A stretch of DNA of 64,000 nucleotides from Leptogorgia sarmentosa (GCA_964658305.1 OZ210885.1:8742001-8806000), one strand, 5' to 3'; shown: positions 27,650 through 40,090, numbered from the stretch's first letter. A program made the numbers and translations. The notes: generated by a model from the sequence alone, not told the origin.

Positions 27650-27905
27650 GGTGCGCGGATAAATACCAAAGGAATTGTGCATCGTTACACATCAGATGTG
27701 TGGAGTAGAATTGAAACAATTCGCGTGGTCCAGAACTTCCTTTTTTGTGTTCATTCTTACAAGAGTAGAGTTGCTAATGGAGCTGAAGAGGAAACATGGG
27801 TAATAAAGTGGGAACTGAACAAAGAGCGGTACGACGAGCGTTCTAGTTTTTTAACCAGAAGAGTTTTAAGGGTGAACAGTTCTGGCAGCCATGTGGCTAT
27901 TTCAG
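27650..27905 (+). CDS. WD40-repeat gene exon 8
   Basis: ttttcacag acceptor, gtaatt donor, phase 0/1, matching both neighbouring exons. Encodes GARINTKGIVHRY...VNSSGSHVAIS. Confidence 0.8.
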
Positions 27906-28564
27906 GTAATTTATTTCATTTTTTAAACTCAATTGCAACAACGTGTGGTTGCGCAATTCTTCGAGTATCAGCACAGCCTTACTCTCCGACATTCCGTCCA
28001 CGCCCTTGTTTCCCCGTCCACTGCACAACAGCCTGGACACGAGTCTTTTCAAACCAACAATAAGTTATCCAAGCAATGGAAGTAACATGCGAATATACTA
28101 CATTTTCAACCTCCGAATGCGAAACCTCCCCTGCGAATATACCGCATTCAAGTAGGCTTAACCTCATGTAACACCAAGTGCATTACCCGTTTGACTTGCA
28201 ACTATGTTATCTAACAAGTATTCGCACGGAAACTTTGAGCATTACCCACAGCTTAGTCTGTATGTATTTTTCCCGAGCGAACGGGCGTAAGGCCTGGCGA
28301 GGGTACTAAGTCCGCCCGGCAAATTTCACCCGGGAAAATTAAAAACCAAGGCAAGTTGGAAGACCTGTCGTGGATATAGATCACCCACTGATCTGAGAAA
28401 CACTGGATTATGCGAATCCTGCAATTAAGCCTCACTCCTTTATGAGAAAATTGATACGAGCACTCTCTGCAGTGTTTCTTTAGCTCAGTGGTTCGTGTCT
28501 TAGCCAGTCAGCGCTCAAAAAGAGTTGTGCGAATAGAAATCCATTTCGCTATATTCACTCGATT

Positions 28565-29589
28565 ACTAGAAATACATATATGCAGCAACCCCTCGCCTTA
28601 CTCCCCAAAAAATGCAACTATATTTTTGGAACATGAAGTATTTAATGCCGCCTGAGGTTGTTGTCATGGCAACACGATCGGAATTCATATTTCTGTATTT
28701 TTTTGAAAACAGTCAAAATATCAGCTTTTATCTTGGTTTTATTGGCATTTTTTTAATTTGGAGAACCATTTGTTAACCGTACGTTATTAGGACTAATATA
28801 AACTTGAATTTGGTGCGAAATACTACATTCATTCGCATACAACGTTTTAAATATTCAAGTCAGTCTTTGATATGAAATAATTTCCAGCCAGACTCCAGTG
28901 TTCTCTCGTGTTCTTTTGATTAAAGTTTGTAAATATTTTGTGAAGTCTCGCACTTAAAAACATAAACTTATACTCTGGAATTGAGCCGTGAATTGATTAA
29001 ACGCGGCTACGGCCGGCGACCTTAAATGAAAATAGTAAATATACGCAAAACAAAAGTTCACTGCCGACAATATATTGACGAACTTATCCTGTGTTTCAAT
29101 CCATGGTCGTTTCGTCCCATTTCTCAGCGTTTTATATCATCTGAGAGGGCTTTTCAAGTCTTACGCACAGATCCTGTCTTTGTTTCCCCTTTCCAAAGCT
29201 TTAAGAAGCTCCTTGAAAGCTCTAAAAAGCTTCGGCTATTCATGATAGTCCGCCATATTTTAGAGATCAGTGATGACCTACGATGCACGATGACCCAAAA
29301 TGGCGGCCAAATCAAGCAACTTTGGACTCCCCTAAGCGGAATTATTACCCTCGCCCCGGGCTAACGCCCGGACGGCGCTTCGCGCCGTGGCTCGGGGATA
29401 ATTATGTTCCGTTGTTCTGTATGAAACTAGTTGAAATTTTGTAATTATGTTTGGTTATGAGAACTATAGCTCTGACAAAAATATGGAATCAAAATAGAGT
29501 ATATAATGGCAGAAATTCATTTGTTTCAATCGAAAAATGGTATGCTACGCGGCATCTAGTCCCAGTCCTTCTTCGTGTATTGAGATCAC
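28565..29589 (-). repeat. Dispersed repeat family copy B (inverted relative to copy A)
   Basis: Reverse-complement match to 23413-25233, including ccccgagccacggcgcgaagcgccg. Confidence 0.8.
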
Positions 29590-30108
29590 CTGATAGATAG
29601 GCAAGTTTCCATATCGGCTATATGGGTCAGCAATATTCCCTGACTAATAGACCCTTGGATCAGGCAGTTTTAGCTGCATGTTATGAAACGTCTGATTTAA
29701 AGCTATGTTTTTTAGATAAGACTCGCTGAAAATTTGTACAGATAAGTCCCTGTTTACTAATGTGTACTAGCGGTCCACGTGAACAATTTCTGAGACAGCT
29801 ACTTAAATAACGTGACCTCTGGACCCTACCTGCTCCACACGCGCTTTATGCTTTTAATAGAAATTATACTAATGTTTGCGGGCGCAAATTCTGAGATGCG
29901 CGGGAACTTTTGACACTTGCGGAAAAGTTGAGGTGTCAAAACTACCGGCGCATTCTTAAATTTACGCCCGCAACTATTACTAATTTCTATGAGATCATAA
30001 AAGCGCCACGTAACAGCCACTATAAACATAAAACATCGCTATCAAACCAAAATTGCCTGGCGTAACATATTGCCTTAACAGATTTAAAATTTTAAATCAC
30101 ATTTTTAG

Positions 30109-30434
30109 GTCATGGTGCTTTGGTGATTGAGAACTTCAGAACTGGAAAGGTTCTCCACAGATTTCCAATACAAAATGCCGAACGTATCAGAGCGTTGGCA
30201 TTAGCGCCTGGAGGAGAATTACTTTTGTCATGCTCGAGACGTGACACGACGCTGAAACTGTGGAACCTACCAAATGGAGAGTGTGTTGAAGAATTTCATT
30301 TCGACCGATATGTTTTGGCCATCGCATGTGGCTCAAATGGAATGGTTTGTGTTGGCCAGGAAGGAGGTCGGGTCTGCTTCCTTCGTCTTAATAAGTTATC
30401 CTCACATTCAAAACAACTCCAACCAAAAGGTTGA
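30109..30434 (+). CDS. WD40-repeat gene terminal exon (TEP1/NACHT-WD40-like C-terminus)
   Basis: atttttag acceptor, phase 1. Encodes LLSCSRRDTTLKLWNL...VCVGQEGGRVCFLRL; TGA stop at 30432-30434. Confidence 0.9.
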
Positions 30435-30574
30435 AGACTTAGGAGAAATTACAACATTGTCTGAAATGAATATTAAACGTGAAAACAAGGATATGTGGAG
30501 TAGCAATATCAATATTTCTTGCAATGAAAAATGCTCTAAAATATATATTAAGTAAAATAATGACTCAAAAAAAC

Positions 30575-30798
30575 AAAACCATTGAAATTAACGCATTGTT
30601 GGAATTTGAAAGCCCTTTCAATTTGAACTCGAAAAAATTCGTAAAAACTGATATACTTGATTAAAACCAAATTTTGAATAGACTGAAATAATGGCTTGCA
30701 AAATTAGCATAGCTTAGGTGTTAGCTTATTGCTGGGGCATTCAAATTCAAACAATGCGCTAATTTCAAAGGTTTTCGGGATTTTTGGGACACCCTGTA
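30575..30798. mobile_element. Degenerate Tc1-type MITE
   Basis: Inverted arms ttgaaattaacgcattgtt / aacaatgcgctaatttcaa; right end ...gggacaccctgta. Confidence 0.5.
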
Positions 30799-31775
30799 GA
30801 CTAATATTCGACTATGACAATTTTTACCAAAACAACCAGCATTCCAGGTAGTTCGGGAATTTCAAAAGTAGAGATATTGAAAAATGTTTGAATGTTGCAG
30901 TGAAATTATTACGCAATAGGCACAATGTGCAGAATACAAGGACGACAATACATTCCCAAACTTGGGGTGTGGGTTTTGATTTTTTTGGAGTTGAAAAGGT
31001 TTCTGCATCCTTCTTACAAGTACGTTCCTACAAGTACTCCAGGAAGTGCATGTATAGGAACATTTTCAACCTTGTTGTAAGGACCTAACTTCTCCCAAGG
31101 CGTTGGTGCCAAATGAGAAAATGGTGAACATTTAAAACCTCTAGATTGCCGGAAACGTCCATTTCAGAACTTTAACTCTATCTCTTTGGTAAGATCATTT
31201 AGGTGTACGAATCATAGATCGCTTTCATTAAGTATTATATTGCTGTATAACTTTTATAATTATTATTGTCACAAGTAAAAGAAAACGAGAAATGGTAAAC
31301 AGTTGGGGACAGTTATATAGTCGTCCCCCCAAGCAAAAAATTCGGGACCCCACAAGATTTACACCCTTTATAGAGTATTTGGCACATGTGATTAGCTCAT
31401 TTGTCGTCACGTACCTTTGGCAAAATATTATGTTCCAACACCTCGCATTTTTTCAAATATTCGTAATTCGGAATCTACGCGAAAAGAAAGATACTGTAGT
31501 GCAAAAAATTGAGTATCAGTTCCGTGCGAAAATAGGCAGACTTCGTCTTTACGTTGACTTCGATTGTTTCGTCTGTATTGTTAACTTTCAAACCTCGGTC
31601 TTCATGTGTTGACATTGGCCTGAGTTTGATATTCACCGTGCACACCTCATGCTTGGTCAGTAGGTACTTGATTTTTCACCATATTCCAAGATATCAGCGA
31701 TCAATGGCTATATTTATCTCAAGTGTGGGTCGTTCTTAACTGATACTTAAGATGGCATTTTCAGAGTAAATCTTA

Positions 31776-32019
31776 AGGCTGTTTTCCACTTTTTTGTTTT
31801 CCGTTTTTCGTGCGTACGTGTAGGTTCGTAAAAATTAATGAAATTGATTTCAAACGTTAGTTTCTATGCAATCACATAAATACATGTAAAGCATCTCACA
31901 CTTTGAATGATGTAGTATGTGTTTCTAGAGGTATTTTATTAATAAAATGAAATATAGAGAGATTTAGACTTTCACGTGCGTAGACGTACGTGTAAAAACG
32001 GGTAACTGGAATGCAGCCT
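31776..32019. mobile_element. PIF/Harbinger-type MITE
   Basis: TIRs aggctgttttcca / tggaatgcagcct with a TTA duplication. Confidence 0.65.
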
Positions 32020-34203
32020 TTAGTGTGAAATTCGAAGCGAAATAGGATATTGAAAGCGGTAGTTGACTTGTTGCGTGGAGTATGCGAGTACTGCCACAAT
32101 ATCAGTTGTCGGAAAATCGGTAAATTTCTTTGGAAATTTTTGAAAGTCATTAATTTAATAACAGGCGCAGGCTTCATATTTTCTGACATGATTATTTCTA
32201 CTTCAATGTTTAATACATTTTGCCTCATTCATTATTCAATATCCCTACTGTCAGTATTTCAAAAATACTTGTCCGGGAGGAGAAATGGGGTGGAAGGGAA
32301 AATATTTCAGTGGCACTCTGCGTGTTTTGAATTTACCTGTCTTATTACAAACATTTTTATTCAGTCCATGCTGTAAATAATTATCGAGAAAACGTCATGC
32401 TAAGAATTTTCTTTTAATTCTCAATGACGTTATAGTAAACGTATAAGATAGTTAAAATAGTATCACTGAATAAGTTAAACAGTGAACATATCTGGAAATG
32501 TTCAGCAATTCGCCTAATTAATATAAGAGGCAACTGTATATTTGAAAATGATTTTGTTTCAACTTTAGTGTAGATTTTTAGTTGTATTTGCCGGTTTACA
32601 ATATCGAATTATTATAGAACATTTGTCAATAAAAGTAAAATTACCAATGATGTTTGCAATGGTCGTCACATTTTCAGCATTATCAGCAAACCTTACTGAA
32701 CTTCAGGCGTCATTATCTCTTAGTCGTATTTTCTAAAAATTTTTCATTTCAGCAGTGTTTTACAGATACAACACTGAACCATCGATCCTTATAATTTTGT
32801 TTGCAGACTAAGGGACTCTTCATATGAGAAAAGTTATCTCTGTTGACAAGAAAATATTTCGAGTGTCTAATGACTCAGTTCTGCTCTTATTGAGCACGTT
32901 ATAACGTCACCACGCTTATCGAGTAAATTGTTTTGAGCCGGGAAAGGCTGGGTCAACCGGGGACGAATCGGATATGGGACTGTCCAACTTACTGGATTAT
33001 TCTTCATTCCAACCAACACAAATTAATCCACCTTGGTCTGTATGAATATAACACCAAACCTAATTAAAATAATTTTAAAAAACTATTTGCAAGATTCATT
33101 ATGTAGAATTCAGCTTCGGAAGCATGAGCTTGTACCTTGTGGGTTCTTCCGAAGGATCCAGCAAGATCCATCTTTTGCTCCAGCTAATTTATCAACAACA
33201 TCAGGACAGTCTTGGGCTGAGTTGAATATCTCGCCCAATGTTGGAGAACCTGTATTGCCAGGTGAAAAACGGCACAAATAAAATATGAATTGGTAATTTA
33301 AATTCTATACTTTTTCGAAGAAAAGCAAAATTAAAACCTATTCAAAAGTTGTCCTATTTTTGGCCCCCATGGCCACAGGCCCCCCGTGCCCCCCCCCCCC
33401 CCCCCCCGGCCCGTACGCCCATGCCCCCTAGGAGGTGACTATAACAAGAGAGAAATCAATTCTTGATCAATCAAATTGCAGGAAATGTTATAGTCACCTC
33501 AAGATTTATACTAATAGGCGGATAGAGAAGATAAACAATCTTGGATACTGTCAAAGTTTGACTGATATGTGAGGAAAAAGCCAGGTGTGTTTAAACAGGC
33601 CGTGTACATTGTGTAAATAGAAACTTTGTACTTACACGTGCGTATGATTTGGGTTTTGCCATCAATCATGCCTCAAGATAATTCGCGCGGTTGAGTAATT
33701 ACAATAATACGTCATCAAAATCTCAGTTCGTTAAATTCTCTTCTAAATTAAGTTAACTCATAAAGCTAAGCCTAGATCAACAGTTGCACGTCAAATATTT
33801 TGCTATTAGTAAGTAATAACGTAGGTTAGTCTTAACCTATCTAAGTAGCGGTAGAATGAGCGTAAAACTGACTTGAGAAGAGCGACAACACCCTAAACAA
33901 ACAGAATTGGACATAGTACAACACATGAACGCTGATTGGTGGATTAATGAACTCATTTTTATCAATTTTCTCTTTAAACGGGTTTCGCGTCGTTCATCTA
34001 AACATTGACGTCTATACCACTGGCATTAATCTTGGCTTGTACTTCAAAATGAATAAATATTCAATCTGCCAGCAAAATCCAACAAAATGTTTTAGAATTT
34101 AACAGCCGGACTAATCGTTTTAAAGAATTGGTGGATATATTTAACACGAACCAGAGATATGCATCTTAACGGTTTGGGTCGCATATTTCACATCAGGCCG
34201 CTT

Positions 34204-34630
34204 GCAGAAAATTTTTTCGGGACCACTTGCTTAGTAACCGCGCGTACTTTATATATTGTATTGAAAATTAATTCATATATAAAAGGTTTTTACAGGAAAT
34301 TTTGTCGAACTTCTTTAGCTCAGGGGATACGGTCCCGACTCGCCAGCAGCAACCCTGCGGGTTCGATTCTCGCGTGTTGTTTTTTTTTCATTATTTTGTC
34401 ATTTTGTTTGTTTTTTTCAAGCTTTTTTTCTCAGCATTTTGTTGTTAGGGTCAGAATTACTGTTTGGGCCTTGTTTAGAAAACAAAAAGAAAAAGAAAAG
34501 AGACAATATTTTCTGTTTAGAGTCAGAATTGCCATATAATATTCTCGACGATAATTAAAGTGTGTCCAGTGAAAAATATAGATCAGTGCTGGGTAACCGA
34601 GCCGCGAAATGATCCCAAAAAAAATTCTGC
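34204..34630 (+). mobile_element. Mutator-like MITE with internal tRNA-like segment
   Basis: TIRs gcagaaaatttttt / aaaaaaattctgc, 9-bp TSD AGGCCGCTT. The empty site is visible in the paralogous block near 50265-50285. Confidence 0.8.
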
Positions 34631-34683
34631 AGGCCGCTTTAAATAAAAAAATTCAACGTTTTCCAGTTTATAGGTATGATAAG

Positions 34684-34755
34684 AAGGAGCGGGCGGATTT
34701 GAACCACCGACCTCTCGATCTGCAGTCGAATGCTCTACCACTGAGCTACACTCCC
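34684..34755 (-). tRNA. trnC: tRNA-Cys(GCA)
   Basis: Complete cloverleaf GGGAGTGTAGCTCAGTGGTAGAGCATTCGACTGCAGATCGA... Confidence 0.92.
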
Positions 34756-34979
34756 TGTGTAGTCTACTAGGTTAATTACGTACATATTATTTCAAACGCA
34801 GCAATAATCAATTCACGGACCTCTTTTTTTCCAATTCATTCAAATAGAAACTCGTACAATCTGGGAGTTTGTCTTCCACGTTCTTCAAAGTTTTCGAAGA
34901 AAATAAAGCCTCGTCAGAGACTTGACCTGGTATTATCTTGTTAATGTTTTTGAGGGTGAAATTGAGGGATTGCTATACA

Positions 34980-35050
34980 TTTCGTGTAGTGAACTGGTTA
35001 CTACATGCGTCTCACACTGCAAGGACCCCAGTTTAAATCTGGCTAGGACC
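34980..35050 (+). pseudogene. Highly degenerate tRNA-Val(CAC)
   Basis: gtagtgaactggttactacatgcgtctcacactgcaagg; related copy on the minus strand near 39245-39315. Confidence 0.5.
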
Positions 35051-35139
35051 TGCATCTCCATGAATTTGTTTCATATTTTTTGTTGCATCGATTCACTTCT
35101 CCAGAATTTTGTCTCGGTTCTGTAATTTTCTTCCAGTTC

Positions 35140-35212
35140 GTTTCCGTAGTGTAGTGGTTATCACGTGCGCCTTACACGCGCAAGGTCTTCAGTTCGAACC
35201 TGGGCGGAAACA
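35140..35212 (+). tRNA. trnV: tRNA-Val(TAC), chimeric
   Basis: Anticodon loop CTTACAC in a tgcgc/gcgca stem. Confidence 0.8.
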
Positions 35213-35346
35213 TACATATGAGCTTTTAACTGCAGATATTTTTTTTTGAAAATTTCAACAATGAAATTTGAAATTTTCAATAATAATAAAAAAACAGAAA
35301 ATTAATTAAAAAGAATAAATCTATTTCAATGCATGCGCATAAGTCA

Positions 35347-35419
35347 GTTTCCGTAGTGTAGTGGTTATCACATGCGCTTAACACGCGCAAGGTCCTCAGT
35401 TCGAACCTGGGCGGAAACA
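35347..35419 (+). tRNA. trnV: tRNA-Val(AAC)
   Basis: Intact 73-nt cloverleaf with a downstream T-run. Confidence 0.92.
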
Positions 35420-35844
35420 CTCATGCGAGCTTTTTTAAATGGAGAGATTTTTTCTTTGGAATTTTTCAATAAAAAACCTGAAAAAAATTCTTGGTGATAT
35501 TGAGTTTGGATAAATAGATCAGCTTTGAAAGGAAATGTCCTCATTTTTCTGTAAAATTTTTGTAAGGAGTGGGAGGCTTAGCGGTATCTTTCGCCAAACA
35601 CGCGTGCAATTTTTCATTAACACTTCGAGAACAAGTGTAATTTCTTGTCATTGTTATCAATTTCAGGGCAATTTCAAAATCCATCGTAAATTTATACGAG
35701 AAACGAAAGTTTTACTGTAGTTTAACTTGTTTTTAAATTTACCACTAAGAAATTATTTTAAGGCAAAGTTTTCAACTTCTGAGACGACTCAGAAGGACGA
35801 GTGTTATTTGAAGTCGTTGGAAAACTCACGAGTGCATCTCTGTG

Positions 35845-35850
35845 CTCTCT

Positions 35851-35894
<44 letters not shown>

Positions 35895-35912
35895 TTGGTT
35901 CAACCAGGGACG
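35845..35912 (+). pseudogene. tRNA-Asn(GTT) pseudogene
   Basis: T-loop deletion relative to the copy at 49131. Confidence 0.8.
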
Positions 35913-36100
35913 TGTTTGACGTGTAAATGTAACCAAATTTTTTGCGCAGGGTTTCCTTAGGATTTACGAAACCTTTCAAAAAAGAGAACATCTTACTTGC
36001 ACGGGAGAATCCTAGCACCAGGCCAGCAAGCCATTGATGGTATCAAAATGTTCTCGAATGTACTTTGCACTGACGAAGAAAAATATGGGATTAATATGGA

Positions 36101-36172
36101 TATGTGATCGTATAGTGGTTAGTACATTGCGTTGTGGCTGCAATAGCCCAGGTTCGAATCCTGGTCACTGCA
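36101..36172 (+). pseudogene. tRNA-His(GTG), damaged acceptor stem
   Basis: Matches the 49382 copy apart from the 5' end and point changes. Confidence 0.75.
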
Positions 36173-36328
36173 TCCGTTTCAAACACCAGAAAGTATTGTA
36201 ATCACCATTGCGGGCATCGTCACCGTTGAAGTTCTGTTGTTAATTAAATATTAAAGTGGTTTGGTTGCGGAGAACGAGTTTGAACATGTGAGCACAAACT
36301 GTTTCAAGTTGAAATTTTCGGGAAAATT

Positions 36329-36392
36329 TCCCACCCCTGAAATTGAACCCGTCCATGGCGGTGAAAACGCCAGATCCAAAGACCACATTGGA
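36329..36392 (-). pseudogene. tRNA-Glu(TTC) pseudogene
   Basis: D-arm deletion and T-arm mutations relative to 43424. Confidence 0.7.
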
Positions 36393-37094
36393 GTGATAAA
36401 TTGTTGATCATTTCTTTGTAAAGCCGCATTTTTTCTGGTGTAGAAATTAAAATTAAAATGCAACATCTCGGCAGAGCCTATTTTAGACATCACATTTGAA
36501 TTTTTTTATAATGCAGGGAATTGTATTATCTTTCTCTTCCACCTGCCGTTTGGCAATTCAGAGTTAATTGAAACAAATTGATGCAAGAACAAAATAAATG
36601 TGAAGGTGAACTTGTTAATAGGTTGTTTGCAATGGCGTAAATTTGGAATTTCAGTTGACAAGCAAGAAGGGCGAAAATCGATCCATTGGAGACATTTTAA
36701 GATTTAGAGACATTTTAAGTTTAGATAGATGTTTTAACGTCATTTTATCTTGCTACAAGCATTTGAATACTGAGAAATATCGTGTACAAGTTGTTCAATT
36801 GCCCGTCATTTCGGCAAAAAGTAACGTGATTGCAAACAAGCAATTTAATTACTAAAGGAATACTCTATTATAAATCAGTTTGTGGGATTATTCCGGAATC
36901 TTTTGTTGCTGGTATTAATTCTTTATCGTGCCAACACGTAAAAGAGGTTCATATCAGAAAATCTTAATTCAACTTTTCTCCCCGTTATGGATGAAATTAT
37001 GAGTTTTCCCAAAAAATGGATAAGAAACGTGAACTTGCAATTGTGAAATATATATTAACTGAATCAACAACAGCTTCAGAGAACAACGAAAATT

Positions 37095-37176
37095 TGGCAG
37101 CGGTGGGATTCGAGCCCACGCCATCGAAATGACTGGTGCCTGAAACCAGCGCCTTTGACCACTCGGCCACGCTACC
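37095..37176 (-). tRNA. trnL: tRNA-Leu(CAG)
   Basis: 82 nt, long variable arm, loop TTCAGGC; T-loop reads CTCGAAT. Confidence 0.8.
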
Positions 37177-37298
37177 CTTGACTCGTGACAATATAAAATC
37201 TCTTTAATAAAAACCTACATCGTTTAAAGAGATGTCTTTCGGTATCAAAGAAAGGAAGAAACGTTAAACAAATCGGAATTTTGACATTAACGTGTTAA

Positions 37299-37364
37299 GG
37301 AACTGTGGTGTAATGGTTAGCATTTTGGACTCTGAATCCAGCGATTCAATTCTCGGCAGAACCT
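37299..37364 (+). pseudogene. tRNA-Gln(CTG) pseudogene
   Basis: T-stem deletion relative to 42866. Confidence 0.75.
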
Positions 37365-37688
37365 GCTTTAACATTTGAATATTTTTAAAATGCTTTTTTC
37401 CAGCATCCTTTTTTTAATGCAGAGTTAATTGAAACAAATTGATCCAAGAACAAAATTAATGCGAAGAAGAACTTGTTAAATTAATTACTAAAGAGGGACA
37501 TTCTGTTAAAAGTTCATTTTCCCAATAAAATTATGAAGATTAAAAATGAAGAATTTAAAAACCAATGAAAAAACTCGATACGCACAAACAAATAAGTTGT
37601 GGGTATGAAACATTTTAGCTAAAAGAGGATGATATCAGAAAGTATTAATTTTACTTTCCTCTGTTATGGCAGCGTGGCCAGAAGTGCT

Positions 37689-37761
37689 TGACCTTGAAGT
37701 GATTTGAACACTTAACCTTCTGATCTGGAGTCAGACGCGCTACCAATTGCGCCAAAAGGTA
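37689..37761 (-). tRNA. trnW: tRNA-Trp(CCA), several mismatches
   Basis: ggcgcaattggtagcgcgtctgactCCAgatcagaagg. Confidence 0.7.
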
Positions 37762-37847
37762 GTAGCGCTGTTAAAATGATTTGGTTTCAGAGAACGAATT
37801 TGAAAATGTGAACACAATCTGTTTCAAATTGAAATTTTCAGAAAAAA

Positions 37848-37919
37848 TACCCACGCCGGGAATCGAAGCCGGGCCATGGCGGTGAAAACGCCAGATCCTA
37901 ACCACTAGACCACATGGGA
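37848..37919 (-). tRNA. trnE: tRNA-Glu(TTC), mutated
   Basis: Near-identical to 43424 with two substitutions. Confidence 0.75.
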
Positions 37920-38009
37920 GTGATAACCGGTTGATTATTCCTGTGTTACAAAGCCACTTTGTTTCTCGTGTTGGAGTTGAAATTGAAACGCAACAAAATG
38001 AAAATAATC

Positions 38010-38080
38010 TGCGTTAGCGGGGAATGGAACCCCGGTCTCCCGCGTGGCAGGCGAGAATTCTACCACTGAACCACCAACGC
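38010..38080 (-). tRNA. trnG: tRNA-Gly(GCC), B-box mutated
   Basis: 71 nt; T-loop TTCCATT. Confidence 0.75.
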
Positions 38081-38412
38081 AAAGTTGCCCAATTCTATCG
38101 TTATAATGTTCATATTCCACAAGATGCCTCCTTGTTGTTTCACAGGCTTGCCGCTGAATTTTATCACCTAACTTACCTTTATTATTCTTCACTAATTCAG
38201 TTCATCTTGATAAACACAGTATTTCCGGTGACCATTCAAATTTCTCAATGGTATTAAAATCGTTTGATTTTAACTGGGATTATAGAAAAAATTGTAACAA
38301 AATAGTTGTCAAGAGAAAATCAGAACGGGATGTGGCATGTTCAGAACGTGATGTGGCATGTTGAAGGCAGCAAAGAAAAAAATGTGGTAGGAAATTCCAT
38401 GTTTTCATGTGT

Positions 38413-38536
38413 GTCAGGATGGCCGAGCTGTCTAAGGCGCCAGACTCAAGTGCAAAAACTTGTCACGATCAACCTTGACATAATAGGGCGTTCTGGTCCA
38501 CACATGTGGTCGTGGGTTCGAATCCCACTCCTGACA
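38413..38536 (+). tRNA. trnL: tRNA-Leu(CAA) with 40-nt intron
   Basis: Intron at 38451-38490 after position 37; it contains cttga, complementary to the anticodon loop. D-loop GG is mutated. Confidence 0.8.
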
Positions 38537-38684
38537 ACAACTTTACAAACAAATTGAGAACATTTCTTTTCAAAGCTGATCTATTTAAACTAATTCGATA
38601 TCAACAAGAAAAAAATATTTTTCTGGTTCTTTACTGAAAAATTCCAAAGAAAAAAAAGCCTAGTAGAAAAAGCTCATATATGTA

Positions 38685-38757
38685 TGTTTCCGCCCAGGTT
38701 CGAACTGAGTACCTTGCGCGCGTTAAGCGCATGTGATAACCACTACACTACGGACAC
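38685..38757 (-). tRNA. trnV: tRNA-Val(AAC), mutated
   Basis: Val body with a few substitutions. Confidence 0.75.
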
Positions 38758-38835
38758 TGGAATATGCGCAAAACATATAGAAATAGATGTATTCACTTTA
38801 AATAATTAATCTGCAGTAAAAAAAGCTCGTATGTA

Positions 38836-38908
38836 TGTTTCCGCCCAGCTTCGAACTGAGGACCTTGCACGTGTTAAGCGCATATGATAACCACTACATT
38901 ACGGAAAC
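38836..38908 (-). tRNA. trnV: tRNA-Val(AAC), mutated
   Basis: Val body with a few substitutions. Confidence 0.7.
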
Positions 38909-39081
38909 TGACATGACCTATGCGCATACATAGAAATGTATTTATCCAGTTTAAATATATATTTTTATTATCCGAAATTTGTGGTGCCATTTCGTGGTTC
39001 CAATATAATTATTTCCAAGTAACAAATTTAAAATGAAAGGACTAAAACTTTCCGCCCGGAGTCGCTGAATTATGGATTCCT

Positions 39082-39154
39082 TCTCTCTGCCCAGGATTGA
39101 ACTGGGGACCTTGCGCGTGTGTGGCGCACGTGATAACCACTACACTACAGAAAC
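39082..39154 (-). pseudogene. tRNA-Val(CAC)-type, damaged
   Basis: Acceptor 3' strand mismatched and U33 lost. Confidence 0.65.
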
Positions 39155-39596
39155 GAATTGGAACAAAATTACAATACAGATTCAAAGTTCTGGAGAAGTG
39201 AATCGATACAACAAAAAATTTGAAACAAATTCATGGAGATGCAGGTCCTAGCCAGATTTAAACTGGCGTCCTTGCAGTGTTAGAAGTGTGTAATATTAAC
39301 CAATGCACTACACGAGAAGTATAGCAATTCCTCAATCTCACCCTCCCAAACATTAACAAGATAATACAAAAACAACATAAACACAGTATTTCTGATGACC
39401 ATTGAAAATTCGCAATGGTATTAAAATCGTTCGATTTTAACTGCGATTGATTGAAAAAATTCGACCCATTAAAATAATGTGTACCTGCGTCACGTATTCG
39501 GCTCACGTCAGTTGTCAGGAGAAAATCAGAACCGGATGTGGCATGTTGAAGGTAGCAAAGAATAAATGTGGTAGGAAATTCTATGTTTTCATGCGT

Positions 39597-39702
39597 GTCA
39601 GGATGGCCGAGCGGTCTAAGGCGCCAGAAACTTGTCACGATCAACCTTGACATAATAGGGCGTTCTGGTCCACACATGTGGTCGTGGGTTCGAATCCTGA
39701 CA
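39597..39702 (+). pseudogene. tRNA-Leu(CAA) pseudogene
   Basis: Anticodon and part of the T-stem deleted; intron largely retained. Confidence 0.8.
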
Positions 39703-39834
39703 ACAAATTTACAAAAAAATCGAGAACATTTCTTTTCAGAGCTGATCTATTTACACAAATTCCATATCACCAAGAATATTTTTCCGAAAAATTCCAAAGA
39801 AAAAAAAATCTGCAGTCAAAAAAGCTCATATGTA

Positions 39835-39907
39835 TGTTTCCGCCCAGGTTCGAACTGAGGACCTTGCGCGTGTTAAGCGCATGTGATAACCACTACACTA
39901 CGGAAAC
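39835..39907 (-). tRNA. trnV: tRNA-Val(AAC)
   Basis: Intact. Confidence 0.92.
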
Positions 39908-40017
39908 TGACCTATGCGCAAACATGGAAATAGATGTATTCACTTTAATTACTTTTTCTCGTGTTTTATTGAAAATTTCCAAAGAAAAATATCTTCAGTT
40001 AAAAAAGCTCATATGTA

Positions 40018-40090
40018 TGTTTCCGCCCAGGTTCGAACTGAGGACCTTGCACGTGTTAAGCGCGTGTGATAACCACTACACTACGGAAAC
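40018..40090 (-). tRNA. trnV: tRNA-Val(AAC)
   Basis: Second unit of a 183-bp tandem repeat; one anticodon-stem change. Confidence 0.85.
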
